Position numbers and translations under genes: made by a program | Assembly (NCBI RefSeq): GCF_000023205.1 | Contig: NC_012803.1 | Location: 1,200,001 to 1,232,000 of the forward strand | Direction: 5' to 3' | Length of the DNA stretch: 32,000 bases | Origin: Micrococcus luteus NCTC 2665 | GTDB lineage: Bacteria; Actinomycetota; Actinomycetes; Actinomycetales; Micrococcaceae | Part shown: positions 7,233-19,664 of the stretch, one piece after another | Layout: each line of letters starts with the position of its first letter | Position numbering within the stretch: position 1 is the stretch's first letter | The notes under the pieces: generated by a model | Database searches by the model: none | Seen by the model: only the letters and a program-made list of their open reading frames with translations | What the model was told of the DNA's origin: nothing

Positions 7233-8699
7233 TCAGTCGACCGGGTCGGGGGCCGTCGTCGTCCCGGCGCCGTCCGCCGCGGTCATCGCCAGGAGCCGGT
7301 CGAGGATCGCCGGCCCGTCGTCGGCGATGCCGTCGTGGTGGAAGGCGTCGGTCTCCCACACCTGCAGGCCGCGGACGCGCCGCGCCGTCTCGAGCGAGAG
7401 GTCCCGGTCCACGTACACGTCGTCGGCGTAGACCGCGGCGGCCACGGGGACGGTGTTCTGCGCGACGGCGGCCACGTCGTAGAGCGGGCCCCACTGGGTG
7501 CGCTCGGCGAGCAGCCGCGCCGTGCCGGCCAGGGGCCGCAGCCGGGGGTCGACCTCGACGGACCAGGGCATGACGTGCTCGCCCGTGGGCAGCGGGACCG
7601 TGGTCGCCTCCGGGTCGAAGTCCGGGTGCTCGACGAGCATCCGGGATGCCGACCAGCCGGTGTCCGCCCGGCCGCCGGCCAGGTCCGCCGGCTGCGCGTA
7701 GATCGCCTCGTGCAGCACGGTGTAGAGCGGATTGACGAGGCGGTCGTCCTGGTCGGCGACGGCGGCCAGGAACGTCTCGGACAGGCGCGGCGCGGGTCCG
7801 GTGCGGTCCACGGCCTCGGCGAGGACCCAGTGCAGGCGGTCCACGCGGGTGTTGCCGCCCAGCAGCATGCCCAGGGCCTGGGCCCGTCCCACGGTGAGCG
7901 GCCCGCCGCCGGGCAGGGGGATCGGGGCGCCCGCGTCCTCGGCGGCCCGGATCAGCCCCACGGCCTCCGCCCACGCGTCGCGGTCGGCCGGGTGCCGGTC
8001 GAAGAACTCCTCGGCGCGGGTCCGCATCCGGGCGTAGGTGGCCCGGTAGACCCGGTCGGCGTGGCCGGTGAGCGGGGCGAGGCCGCCGGTCACCAGGCTG
8101 CGCTGCAGGCCCTCGGGGTGGAAGGAGAGGTAGCTCAGCGTGCAGAACCCGCCGAAGCTCTGGCCCAGCGTGGTCCACGGCCCGGCGCCGAGGGCGAGGC
8201 GCAGCATCTCGGCGTCCCGCACGATCGAGGGCGCCCGCAGGTGCACCAGGTGCTCGGCGCGGGCCTCGTCCGTGGCGAAGGCTCCCGGGGCGGTCAGGGT
8301 CGCCACGGTGGCCGGCGTCGAGCGCCCCGTGCCGCGCTGGTCCAGCAGCAGCACGCGGTGGCTCTCGGCCAGCGCGCCGAGCCAGCCGCTCAGGCGCGCC
8401 GGGCGGGGCCCGGCACTGCCGGGGCCGCCCTGGAGGTACAGGGCCCAGGGACGCTCGCCCCCGGGGTCGTCCTTCGCCCGGATCTCCCGGGCGAAGACGG
8501 TCAGCGTGCCGCGCCGGTGCGGCCCGACGCCGGTGCCCGCCGCGTCCTGCGCCTCAGCCTCGGCGAGGCCCAGTGCGTGGTCGATCGGCACCGTGAACCA
8601 GTGGTCCACCGTGACGGTGCCGTCGTAGAGCTCGGTGCGCTCGCCCATGCGGTGGCGGGCCGGCTCGAGGGGGGCGAAGCCGCGCGGGTCGCCCGCCAC
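7233..8699 (-). CDS. Alpha/beta hydrolase, S33 prolyl-aminopeptidase-like
   Basis: LYLQGGPG oxyanion region, nucleophile elbow GQSFGG, LLDQRGTGRS. Start set at GTG 8699: AGGA lies 6 nt upstream, and all 17 codons down to the ATG at 8648 have G/C in the third position. ATG 8648 is the alternative start. Confidence 0.8.
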   Translation of the reverse strand: MAGDPRGFAPLEPARHRMGERTELYDGTVTVDHWFTVPIDHALGLAEAEAQDAAGTGVGPHRRGTLTVFAREIRAKDDPGGERPWALYLQGGPGSAGPRPARLSGWLGALAESHRVLLLDQRGTGRSTPATVATLTAPGAFATDEARAEHLVHLRAPSIVRDAEMLRLALGAGPWTTLGQSFGGFCTLSYLSFHPEGLQRSLVTGGLAPLTGHADRVYRATYARMRTRAEEFFDRHPADRDAWAEAVGLIRAAEDAGAPIPLPGGGPLTVGRAQALGMLLGGNTRVDRLHWVLAEAVDRTGPAPRLSETFLAAVADQDDRLVNPLYTVLHEAIYAQPADLAGGRADTGWSASRMLVEHPDFDPEATTVPLPTGEHVMPWSVEVDPRLRPLAGTARLLAERTQWGPLYDVAAVAQNTVPVAAAVYADDVYVDRDLSLETARRVRGLQVWETDAFHHDGIADDGPAILDRLLAMTAADGAGTTTAPDPVD

Positions 8700-8731
8700 G
8701 GGCCGTCCTGCCGCCCGGGCGTCCCCGGCGC

Positions 8732-11365
8732 TCACAGGCCCCACCCGGACTCGGGCGCGCCGACGGAGACCACCCGGATCACGGGGTGGCCCGCCTCGTC
8801 GGAGGCGTCCAGGTCGACCACGGCGTTGATCCCGTGGTCCAGGTCCCCGTCCGCGTCCTTCAGGACCTGCCGCACCGCCCACCACCGGGTGCCGGCCAGC
8901 TCCAGCGGGACGGCGACGTCGGGTGCCGCGGCCACGCGGAACAGCTCGGGGCCACGCGCGGCGGGGCCGTCGTCGATGTCCTCGTGGTCGTCGAAGTAGG
9001 CGTCGAGGGCGTCGGCCCAGTCGTCGGCGGACAGGTCGCCGGACAGGCGCGCGAGCGCCTCGTCCCGCTCGTCGCCGAACAGGCGCACCCGCTGGAACAT
9101 CGCGTTGCGGACCATCACGCGGAACACGGGCTCGTTGTCCGTCAGGCGAGGCGGCGCCGGCGGCTCGAGCGCCTCCATGTCCCGGCGCAGCTCGTCGATG
9201 TCCCCGGCCACCAGGTCCTCCCACTCCTCCAGGAGGGACGAGTCGGTCTGCTTCACCATCTCATCCAGCCAGTCCAGCAGCACCTGGAGCTCCTCGGTGC
9301 GGGCCGCCTCGGGCACCGTGTGGCGCAGCGCCTTGACCGCGTCCGTGAGGTAGCGCAGCAGCACGCCCTCGGACCGGGCGATCCCGTAGAACCGCACGTA
9401 GTCGCCGAAGCCCATGGCCCGCTCGAACATGTCGCGCACCACGGACTTGGGGGTCAGCTCGAACTCCGCGAGCCACGGGGCGTCCTGCCGGTAGAGCTCG
9501 AACTGCTGCTCGAGGAGCTCGGCCAGCGGCCGCGGGTGGGTGACCTCGTCGAGGGCCCGCATGCGGTCGTTGTAGTCCATGCCCTCGGCCTTCATGGCGG
9601 CCACCGCCTCGCCCTTGGCGTGCTTGACCTGGGCCGAGAGCACCTGGCGCGGCGGGTCGAGGGTCGCCTCGATCACGGAGACGACGTCGAGCGCGTGGTC
9701 GGGATCGGCCGGGTCCAGCAGGTCGAGCGCGGCGAGGGCGAAGGGGGAGAGCGGCTGGTTGAGCGCGAAGTCCGGCTGCAGGTCCACCGTGAGGTCCACG
9801 GTGCGGCCCTCGGCGTCCGGCTCGGGCAGACGCTCGACGACGCCCGTGGCCAGCAGCTCCCGGAAGATCCCGAGCGCGCGGCGCATGAGCACCGCCTGGC
9901 GGGCCGGGGTCTCGTGGGTGCGGCGCAGCAGGCGCCGGACCGCGATGACCGGGTCGCCGGGGCGGTCGAGGATGTTCAACAGCATGGAGTGTGTGATCCG
10001 CATGCGGGAGACCAGCGGCTCCGGCTCGGCCGAGACGAGGCGCTCGAACGTCGCCGGCCCCCACGAGACGAAGCCGGCCGGCGGGGTCTTGCGCTTGCCG
10101 GACTTCACGGACTGCTTCATGCGCTTGGCCCGCTCGGCCTCGTCCTTGACGTTCGCGAACTTCGCCGCGGCCTTGCGCTCGGCCGCCTTGTTCTCGATCA
10201 CGTGCTCGGGGGCCTGGACCACCACGGTGCCGGAGGTGTCGAAGCCGGCCCGGCCCGCCCGGCCGGCGATCTGGTGGAACTCGCGGGCCTGCAGCAGGCG
10301 GGTCTTCTCGCCGTCGAACTTGGACAGCGCGGTGAGCAGCACGGTGCGGATCGGCACGTTGATCCCGACGCCGAGCGTGTCCGTGCCGCAGATGACCTTG
10401 AGCAGCCCGTCCTGGGCCAGCTTCTCCACGAGGCGGCGGTACTTGGGCAGCATGCCCGCGTGGTGCACGCCGATGCCCGCCCGGACGAGGCGGTTCAGGG
10501 TGTGCCCGAAGCCCGCGGAGAAGCGGAAGCCGGCGATCCGCGCGGCGATCGCCTCCTTCTCCTCCTTGGACGTCACCGAGATCGAGGACAGCCCCTGGGC
10601 CGTCTCCACGGCGTCCAGCTGCGAGAAGTGCACGATGTACACCGGTGCCTGATGGGTGCTCACGAGCTCCTCGACCTTCTCCTGCAGCGGCACCTCGGAC
10701 CACTCGAACGTCAGCGGGATCGGCCGCTGCGCGTGGGCGACGACGGCGACCTCGCGCCCGGTGCGCTCGATCAGGTCCGCCTCGAGGCGGGTCGTGTCGC
10801 CGAGGGTGGCCGACATCAGCAGGAACCGGGCCTGCGGCAGCTCGAGGAGGGGGACCTGCCAGGCCCAGCCACGGGAGGGGTCCGCGTAGTAGTGGAACTC
10901 GTCCATCACCACGGTGCCGATCTCCATGCCCGAGCCCTCGCGCAGCGCGCGGTTGGCCAGGATCTCGGCGGTGCAGCAGATGATCGGCGCGTCACCGTTG
11001 ACGGTGGAGTCACCCGTGACCATGCCCACATTCTCCGCCCCGAACACGTCCACCAGCGCGAAGAACTTCTCCGAGACGAGCGCCTTGATCGGCGCCGTGT
11101 AGTAGGAGACGGCGTCGTGGGCGAGCGCGTCGGCGTGTGCGGCCAGCGCCACCAGGGACTTGCCGGAGCCGGTGGGCGTCGCCAGGATCACGTGCCGGCC
11201 CTGGACGAGCTCGAGGGCGGCCTCCTCCTGGGCGGGGTAGAGCGAGATGCCGCGGTCCTCGGTCCAGGCCGCGAAGGCCCCGAAGACGTCGTCGGCGTCC
11301 GGGGTCGGCGGGAGCGCGTCGATGCGGTCGGTCAGCGAGGGCGGGTTCGTGGCGGCAGAAGTCAT
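8732..11365 (-). CDS. SF2 DEAD/DEAH-box helicase with large C-terminal domain (SftH / DUF3516-like)
   Basis: Motif I ATPTGSGKS, motif II MDEFHYY, motif III MSATLG, HHAGMLP, motif VI QIAGRAGRAGFD. About 400 aa C-terminal extension. Start ATG 11365; the longer track ORF (to 11971) overlaps tam on the opposite strand. Confidence 0.9.
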   Translation of the reverse strand: MTSAATNPPSLTDRIDALPPTPDADDVFGAFAAWTEDRGISLYPAQEEAALELVQGRHVILATPTGSGKSLVALAAHADALAHDAVSYYTAPIKALVSEKFFALVDVFGAENVGMVTGDSTVNGDAPIICCTAEILANRALREGSGMEIGTVVMDEFHYYADPSRGWAWQVPLLELPQARFLLMSATLGDTTRLEADLIERTGREVAVVAHAQRPIPLTFEWSEVPLQEKVEELVSTHQAPVYIVHFSQLDAVETAQGLSSISVTSKEEKEAIAARIAGFRFSAGFGHTLNRLVRAGIGVHHAGMLPKYRRLVEKLAQDGLLKVICGTDTLGVGINVPIRTVLLTALSKFDGEKTRLLQAREFHQIAGRAGRAGFDTSGTVVVQAPEHVIENKAAERKAAAKFANVKDEAERAKRMKQSVKSGKRKTPPAGFVSWGPATFERLVSAEPEPLVSRMRITHSMLLNILDRPGDPVIAVRRLLRRTHETPARQAVLMRRALGIFRELLATGVVERLPEPDAEGRTVDLTVDLQPDFALNQPLSPFALAALDLLDPADPDHALDVVSVIEATLDPPRQVLSAQVKHAKGEAVAAMKAEGMDYNDRMRALDEVTHPRPLAELLEQQFELYRQDAPWLAEFELTPKSVVRDMFERAMGFGDYVRFYGIARSEGVLLRYLTDAVKALRHTVPEAARTEELQVLLDWLDEMVKQTDSSLLEEWEDLVAGDIDELRRDMEALEPPAPPRLTDNEPVFRVMVRNAMFQRVRLFGDERDEALARLSGDLSADDWADALDAYFDDHEDIDDGPAARGPELFRVAAAPDVAVPLELAGTRWWAVRQVLKDADGDLDHGINAVVDLDASDEAGHPVIRVVSVGAPESGWGL

Positions 11366-11372
11366 CGCCCTC

Positions 11373-11401
11373 AGGGTATCGGCCGCTCCGCGCGATACGG
11401 T
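11373..11401. promoter_or_regulatory. Back-to-back divergent -10 elements inside an inverted repeat (helicase and tam, both leaderless)
   Basis: - strand TACCCT (11378->11373) lies 7 nt from the helicase ATG. + strand TACGGT (11396-11401) lies 6 nt from the tam ATG. The hexamers sit in GTATCG (11376-11381) / CGATAC (11393-11398) arms. The whole intergenic region is 42 nt. Confidence 0.4.
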
Positions 11402-11407
11402 GCCGCC

Positions 11408-12331
11408 ATGAGTCAGATCGCGCCTGAGAGCCCGCATCCGGACACCGACGCCGTCGTGGGGGACGTGACCGGCCGACAGGGCGGGGGGTTCACCTGGGAT
11501 CCCGCGCAGTACGAGGGCTTCGCCGAGCATCGCGCCCGCCCCTTCCACGACCTGGTGGGGCGCGTCCGCGCCGAGGGGCCGCGCGTCGTGGTGGACCTGG
11601 GCTGCGGCCCGGGGACCCTGACCCGGACGCTGGCCGAGCGCTGGCCGGAGGCCGAGGTGATCGGTCTGGACGACTCGCCCGCGATGCTCGAGCGGGCCCG
11701 GGAGCAGGCGGCCCGCACGGGCACCCCCGCCAACCTGCGCTTCGAGGCGGTCGACGCCTCGCAGTGGCGCCCGTCGAGGGCGACGGACGTCGTGGTGTCC
11801 AACGCGATGCTCCAGTGGATCCCGACGCACCGTCGCCTGATCCGGCGCTGGCTCGGGGACCTCGCGCCGGGGGCCTGGTTCGCGGCGCAGATCCCGCGGC
11901 CCTACGAGCAGCCCTCCCACGCGGCGATCGTGGCGCTGGCCGAGGACCCGGCCTTCTCCGAGCCGCTGCACGGCGTGGCGACGACCCGCACCGTGGCGCC
12001 GCCCGAGGAGTACACGCGGCTGTTCCTCGAGGCGGGGTGGTCCCCGGTCGTCTGGGAGACGGAGTACCAGCAGGTGCTGACGGGCGAGGACCCGGTGTTC
12101 CGGTGGACCTCCGGCGCGGCCTTGCGACCGAGCCTGCAGGCCCTGGCCCGCTGGGACGCCGAGGAGGGCTCCGCCGAGGGCGCCGGGCTGCTCGAGGCGT
12201 TCGTGGACCGGTACCGCGCCGCCATGCGCGAGGCATACCCGCCGGTGCCCGGCGTCACGGCCGACGACGGCGGCCCGGTCACGATCTTCCCGGCCCGGCG
12301 CCTGTTCATGGTGGGGCAGAAGCCGGCCTGA
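11408..12331 (+). CDS. tam: Trans-aconitate 2-methyltransferase-like SAM methyltransferase
   Basis: FTWDPAQYEGFAEHRARPFHDL N-terminus typical of Tam. SAM motif VVDLGCGPG. SNAMLQWIP. Confidence 0.8.
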   Translation: MSQIAPESPHPDTDAVVGDVTGRQGGGFTWDPAQYEGFAEHRARPFHDLVGRVRAEGPRVVVDLGCGPGTLTRTLAERWPEAEVIGLDDSPAMLERAREQAARTGTPANLRFEAVDASQWRPSRATDVVVSNAMLQWIPTHRRLIRRWLGDLAPGAWFAAQIPRPYEQPSHAAIVALAEDPAFSEPLHGVATTRTVAPPEEYTRLFLEAGWSPVVWETEYQQVLTGEDPVFRWTSGAALRPSLQALARWDAEEGSAEGAGLLEAFVDRYRAAMREAYPPVPGVTADDGGPVTIFPARRLFMVGQKPA

Positions 12332-12337
12332 CGCCGG

Positions 12338-12355
12338 GCCCGGGGCCGCCCGGGC
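12338..12355. terminator. Small hairpin between convergent tam and MBL genes
   Basis: GCCCGGG-gccg-CCCGGGC, a 7-bp stem inside a 30-nt intergenic gap. Confidence 0.3.
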
Positions 12356-12361
12356 GGGCCG

Positions 12362-13042
12362 TCACCAGCCGCGCTCGGCCCACTCCGGCAGGTGGGGGCG
12401 TTCGGCGCCCAGGGTCGTGGAGGCGCCGTGGCCGGGGTGGACCACCACGTCGTCGTCGAACGCGTCGAAGATCCGCTCGGTGACGTCGGTGAACAGCTGA
12501 CGGAACCGGCCGTCGTCGCCCTCGGTGTTGCCCACCCCGCCCGGGAAGAGGGAGTCGCCGGTGAAGAGCACGGCCGGCTCGTCCGCCTCGGGGCGGCACA
12601 CCAGCGCGATCGACCCGGGCGTGTGGCCGCGCAGGGCCACCACCTCGAGCCGGAGCCCGTCCGCCCCCACGATGTCCCCGTGGCGCAGGCGCACGTCGGG
12701 GGCGACCCCCGTGGCCTCGGCGATCGCGTCGGCGTCGTCCTCGCCGGCCGCGGTGCGGGCCCCGGTCAGGGACGCCAGCGCCGGCAGCGCGCGCACATGA
12801 TCCCAGTGCCGGTGCGTGGTCACGATCATCTCGAGGCGCGGCTCGCACGGGGTGTCGCCCGCGGCCGAGGCGATGAGGTCGCGGATGGCCTCGGCGTCGG
12901 CGGCGGCGTCGATCAGCACCTGCGCCCCCGTGGTCTTGGAGGTGAGCAGGTACACGTTGTTGTCCATCTCCGACACGGAGCAGGTGCGCACCGTGACGGC
13001 GGGCAGATCGTGCAGGAGGCGGTTCCGGGCGGTCTCGGGCAT
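12362..13042 (-). CDS. MBL-fold metallo-hydrolase (glyoxalase II-like)
   Basis: THRHWDH metal motif, [21 protein letters not shown]. Only the 226-aa C-terminal part of the 1388-aa track ORF is credible; the rest is antisense to uvrA. Confidence 0.85.
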   Translation of the reverse strand: MPETARNRLLHDLPAVTVRTCSVSEMDNNVYLLTSKTTGAQVLIDAAADAEAIRDLIASAAGDTPCEPRLEMIVTTHRHWDHVRALPALASLTGARTAAGEDDADAIAEATGVAPDVRLRHGDIVGADGLRLEVVALRGHTPGSIALVCRPEADEPAVLFTGDSLFPGGVGNTEGDDGRFRQLFTDVTERIFDAFDDDVVVHPGHGASTTLGAERPHLPEWAERGW

Positions 13043-13049
13043 GCGCAAC

Positions 13050-13055
13050 AGTGTA
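13050..13055 (-). promoter_or_regulatory. -10 element TACACT, 7 nt from the MBL ATG (leaderless)
   Basis: Reverse complement of AGTGTA at 13050-13055; the ATG is at 13042. Confidence 0.4.
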
Positions 13056-13128
13056 CGGACGGGGCGGCGACGCGCCAGGGCGGGCCCGGCTCTCGGTCGG
13101 TTCGCCCACAGGCGAGACCCCGGTGTCG

Positions 13129-13150
13129 TGTCCGTGCCCGCCCCTATGCT
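13129..13150 (+). promoter_or_regulatory. RecA-NDp / PafBC-type DNA-damage promoter of uvrA (TGTCCGTG-N8-TATGCT), leaderless
   Basis: TGTCCGTG 13129-13136, 8-nt spacer, TATGCT 13145-13150, then 6 nt to the in-frame GTG at 13157. Same architecture as upstream of uvrB. Confidence 0.6.
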
Positions 13151-13156
13151 GGCCCC

Positions 13157-16141
<2,985 letters not shown>

Positions 16142-16181
16142 CATGGACCCCGCCCACGCAGGACGAGGACGAAGGAGAGCC

Positions 16182-16853
16182 ATGGCGACGTCGGAGACCG
16201 TGCGCAGGAGCGCCGCCGCGCTGCTGCGGCTCTCCTGCCGTCCCGAGGTCGTCGGGATGGAGCACGTCCCCGCGGAGGGCCCCTTCGTCATCGCCTCCAA
16301 CCACCTGTCGTTCTTCGACTCGGTGATCCTCCAGGCCCTGGCCCCCCGCCCGGTCCATTTCTTCGCCAAGGAGGAGTACTTCACGGGCACGGGCCTGCGG
16401 GGCCGCGCCCGGCGGCGCTTCTTCGAGTCCGTGGGCTCCGTCCCCGTCCGCCGGGGCGAGCAGGCCGCCTCCGTGGCCGCGCTCGAGTCCCTCGTGGGCC
16501 TGCTTGAGTCCGGCCAGGGCGTCGGCATCTACCCGGAGGGCACCCGCAGCCGCGACGGCCGCCTCTACCGCGGCCGCACCGGTGCGGCCTGGCTGGCCCT
16601 GGCCACCGGCGCACCCGTGGTGCCCGTGGGCCTCGCCGGCACGCAGCACCTCCAGCCGCCGGACACCAACGGCTTCCGTCCCCACCGGTTCTCCGTGCGC
16701 GTGGGCGCGCCCCTGGACTTCGGCCACCCCGGGCGTCGTCACACCCTGCCGCAGCGCCGCGACGCGACGGCGGCGATCATGGACGCCATCGGCGCGCTGT
16801 CGGGGCAGGAGCGCGTGGACGCGTACAACGCCGCCCCGGGTGCCCGTGGCTGA
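16182..16853 (+). CDS. Lysophospholipid (1-acyl-glycerol-3-phosphate-type) acyltransferase, PlsC family
   Basis: Motif I SNHLSFFD, motif [10 protein letters not shown], motif IV PVVPV. Strong SD GAAGGAG at 16171-16177. The codons upstream from 16143 have A-rich third positions (non-coding look). Confidence 0.85.
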   Translation: MATSETVRRSAAALLRLSCRPEVVGMEHVPAEGPFVIASNHLSFFDSVILQALAPRPVHFFAKEEYFTGTGLRGRARRRFFESVGSVPVRRGEQAASVAALESLVGLLESGQGVGIYPEGTRSRDGRLYRGRTGAAWLALATGAPVVPVGLAGTQHLQPPDTNGFRPHRFSVRVGAPLDFGHPGRRHTLPQRRDATAAIMDAIGALSGQERVDAYNAAPGARG

Positions 16854-18771
16854 TCCGGCCTCGTACCGCCCGGCTCCGGGCGAGATCTCCACGTCCCCCG
16901 GCGTCTACCGCTTCCGCGACGCGGACGGACGCGTCGTCTACGTCGGCAAGGCGAAGAACCTGCGCGCCCGCCTGAGCTCCTATTTCCAGGACCCGGCTCG
17001 GCTGGCCACCAAGACCCGGACCATGGTGTTCACGGCGGCCGCGGTCGAGTGGACCGTCGTCGGCTCCGAGCTGGAGGCGCTCCAGCTCGAGTACACGTGG
17101 ATCAAGGAGTACCGCCCCCGGTTCAACATCATGTACCGGGACGACAAGTCGTACCCGTACCTGGCCGTGACCATGAACGAGCAGTTCCCGCGCGTCCAGG
17201 TGATGCGCGGCGACCGGAAGCCCGGCGTGAAGTACTTCGGCCCGTTCCACCCGGCCAAGGCGATCCGCGAGACCGTGGACCTGATGCTGCGCGTCTTCCC
17301 GGTCCGCACGTGCTCGGCGGGCGTGTTCAAGCGGGCCCGCGCCCAGGACCGGCCGTGCCTGCTCGGCTACATCGGCAAGTGCTCGGCGCCCTGCGTGGGC
17401 CGGATCAGCCCGGCGGACCATCGCGCGCTGGCCCAGGACTTCTGCGACTTCATGGCCGGGGACGCGAACCGGTTCATCCGCGAGCTGGAGAAGGCCATGG
17501 CCCGTGCCGTCGAGGAGCTCCGCTACGAGGACGCGGCCCGGCTGCGGGACGACATCGCCGCGCTGCGCCGCGTGTTCGAGCGCAACGCCGTGGTGCTGCC
17601 GGAGAACACGGAGGCGGACATCTTCGCCCTGCACGCGGACGAGCTGGAGGTCGCGGTGCAGGTGTTCCACGTCCGGCAGGGACGCATCCGCGGCCAGCGG
17701 GGCTGGGTCATGGAGCGCGTGGAGGACGTCGCCGAGCCGGAGATGGTCGCGCACCTGCTCCAGCAGGTCTACGGCGACCTCGAGGGGCCGGAGCGCATCC
17801 CGCACGAGATCCTCGTCCCGGTCGAGCCCGACGACGCCGCACAGCTCACCGAGTGGCTCTCGGGCCTGCGCGGGTCCCGCGTCGCCGTGCGTGTGCCCCG
17901 GCGGGGCTCGAAGGCAGACCTCATGGAGACCGTCCGGGAGAACGCGGAGATGGCCCTCAAGCTGCACAAGTCGCGGCGGTCCGGGGACCTCACCACCCGC
18001 TCCGCCGCCCTGCGGGAGCTGCAGGAGGCCCTGGAGATCACCGAGCCCCTGCTGCGCATCGAGTGCTACGACATCTCCCACTCCCAGGGCACCAACGTGG
18101 TCGGCTCGATGGTCGTCATGGAGGACGGCCTGCCGAAGAAGAAGGACTACCGCCGCTTCAACGTCACGGGCGAGGCCGCCCGGGACGACACGGCGTCCCT
18201 GCGCGACGTCCTGCGGCGCCGCTTCGCCCGCCTGGCCAAGGAGCGGGCCGAGGGCGCCCCGCTCTCCGGCCAGGTCGAGGGGGACGATCAGGAGGCGGGG
18301 CGCCGATTCTCGTACCCGCCCTCGCTCGTGGTGGTCGACGGCGGCCCGCCCCAGGTGGCCGCGGCCGCGGCGGTCCTCGAGGAGCTGGGCCTGGACGACC
18401 TGCCCGTCGTCGGGCTGGCCAAGCGGCTCGAGGAGGTGTGGCTGCCGGGCGACGAGTTCCCGGTGGTACTGCCGCGCACCTCGGAGGGCCTGTACCTGCT
18501 CCAGCGCATCCGCGACGAGTCGCACCGGTTCGCGATCGCCGGCCACCGCAGCCGGCGGTCCAAGGCGATGACCGTCTCCGCCCTGGACGGGATCCCGGGG
18601 CTGGGCCCGGCCAAGCGCACCGCGCTGCTGAACCACTTCGGCTCCGTCGCCGAGATCCGGGCCGCCGGCGTGGACCGGCTGACCGAGGTCGCCGGCATCG
18701 GGCCGCGGCTGGCCGAGGCCGTCCACACGGCGCTCACAACGGACACGCCCGCGGATACAGTGGAGTCATGA
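16846..18771 (+). CDS. uvrC: Excinuclease ABC subunit C
   Basis: [35 protein letters not shown] domain [15 protein letters not shown]-terminal (HhH)2 [21 protein letters not shown] 16846 overlaps the acyltransferase stop (GTGGCTGA). Confidence 0.93.
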   Translation: MADPASYRPAPGEISTSPGVYRFRDADGRVVYVGKAKNLRARLSSYFQDPARLATKTRTMVFTAAAVEWTVVGSELEALQLEYTWIKEYRPRFNIMYRDDKSYPYLAVTMNEQFPRVQVMRGDRKPGVKYFGPFHPAKAIRETVDLMLRVFPVRTCSAGVFKRARAQDRPCLLGYIGKCSAPCVGRISPADHRALAQDFCDFMAGDANRFIRELEKAMARAVEELRYEDAARLRDDIAALRRVFERNAVVLPENTEADIFALHADELEVAVQVFHVRQGRIRGQRGWVMERVEDVAEPEMVAHLLQQVYGDLEGPERIPHEILVPVEPDDAAQLTEWLSGLRGSRVAVRVPRRGSKADLMETVRENAEMALKLHKSRRSGDLTTRSAALRELQEALEITEPLLRIECYDISHSQGTNVVGSMVVMEDGLPKKKDYRRFNVTGEAARDDTASLRDVLRRRFARLAKERAEGAPLSGQVEGDDQEAGRRFSYPPSLVVVDGGPPQVAAAAAVLEELGLDDLPVVGLAKRLEEVWLPGDEFPVVLPRTSEGLYLLQRIRDESHRFAIAGHRSRRSKAMTVSALDGIPGLGPAKRTALLNHFGSVAEIRAAGVDRLTEVAGIGPRLAEAVHTALTTDTPADTVES

Positions 18772-19664
18772 CCGAGGAGACCCTCCAGCCGGAGAAGCCG
18801 CCGACGTCGGAGGTGCTCGTGATCGCCGGCATGTCCGGCGCCGGACGGACCACCGCCGCGCACGCGCTCGAGGACCACGGCTGGGACGTGGTGGAGAACA
18901 TGCCGCCGGCCCTGTTCGGCACGCTGGCCGAGCTCATCGCCCGCTCGCCGGAGGCGTTCCCGCGCCTGGCGATCGTGGTGGACGTGCGCTCGCGCTCCTA
19001 CTTCGAGGAGCTGCACGCCGCCCTGCAGCACCTGGCCAACAGCGGCGTGGAGTACCGCACGGTGTTCCTCGATGCGGACGATCACGTCCTCCTCCAGCGC
19101 TTCGAGGCCGGCCGCCGCCCCCACCCGATGCAGGGCAACGCCCGGCTGCTGGACGGCATCCGCGCGGAGCGGGAGGTCGTCGAGCCGCTCAAGGCGCGTG
19201 CCGACGTCGTGGTGGACACCACCCAGCTGAACGTGCACGGCCTGGCCACGGAGATCACCGCGCTGTTCTCGGAGTCCGGCCCCGTCACGCTGCGCCTGAC
19301 CATCATGAGCTTCGGCTTCAAGTACGGCGTCCCGGCGGACGCGAACTTCGTGGCGGACATGCGCTTCATCCCCAACCCCCACTGGGTGCCGACGCTGCGT
19401 CCGCACACGGGCACGGAGGCCGCGGTCGCGGACTACGTGCTCTCCCGCCCCGGTGTGGAGGACTTCCTGCGCACGTACGTCGCCATGCTGGGGCCGGTGT
19501 TCGAGGGCTACCGGCGGGAGAACAAGCACTACGCCACGCTCGCCATCGGCTGCACGGGCGGCAAGCACCGCTCCGTGGCAGTCGCCGAGGAGCTGGCCCG
19601 GCGCCTGGCCCAGGTGCCTCACGTGACGGTGCACATCCAGCACCGGGACATGGGGCGCGAATGA
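18768..19664 (+). CDS. rapZ: RNase adapter / nucleotide-binding protein RapZ
   Basis: P-loop [15 protein letters not shown]-terminal CTGGKHRSV. The ATG overlaps the uvrC stop (ATGA). Confidence 0.93.
   Translation: MTEETLQPEKPPTSEVLVIAGMSGAGRTTAAHALEDHGWDVVENMPPALFGTLAELIARSPEAFPRLAIVVDVRSRSYFEELHAALQHLANSGVEYRTVFLDADDHVLLQRFEAGRRPHPMQGNARLLDGIRAEREVVEPLKARADVVVDTTQLNVHGLATEITALFSESGPVTLRLTIMSFGFKYGVPADANFVADMRFIPNPHWVPTLRPHTGTEAAVADYVLSRPGVEDFLRTYVAMLGPVFEGYRRENKHYATLAIGCTGGKHRSVAVAEELARRLAQVPHVTVHIQHRDMGRE

Noticed and set aside
7119-8999. 626-aa + strand ORF.
   Set aside because: It is antisense to the alpha/beta hydrolase (GQSFGG) and to the helicase 3' end. It has no motifs.
8786-11407. 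Upstream ~870 aa of the 1181-aa + strand ORF (8786..12331).
   Set aside because: It is antisense to the helicase. Only the part from ATG 11408 shows methyltransferase motifs.
16143-16181. N-terminal extensions offered by the ORF track: acyltransferase from 16143, pgk from 23745, gap from 22336, sodA from 21125, rapZ from 17049, uvrC from 16504, uvrA from 12392.
   Set aside because: The extensions overlap upstream genes or terminators. They lose GC3 bias or are Arg/Gly-rich, and they ignore clear SD or -10 signals placed correctly for the shorter starts.
16777-18726. 649-aa - strand ORF, plus the overlapping + strand alternative-frame ORFs (17049.., 17504..).
   Set aside because: They are antisense to, or out of frame with, uvrC (GIY-YIG, UVR, HhH motifs). 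The Arg/Pro/Gly-rich translations are typical of wrong frames at high GC.
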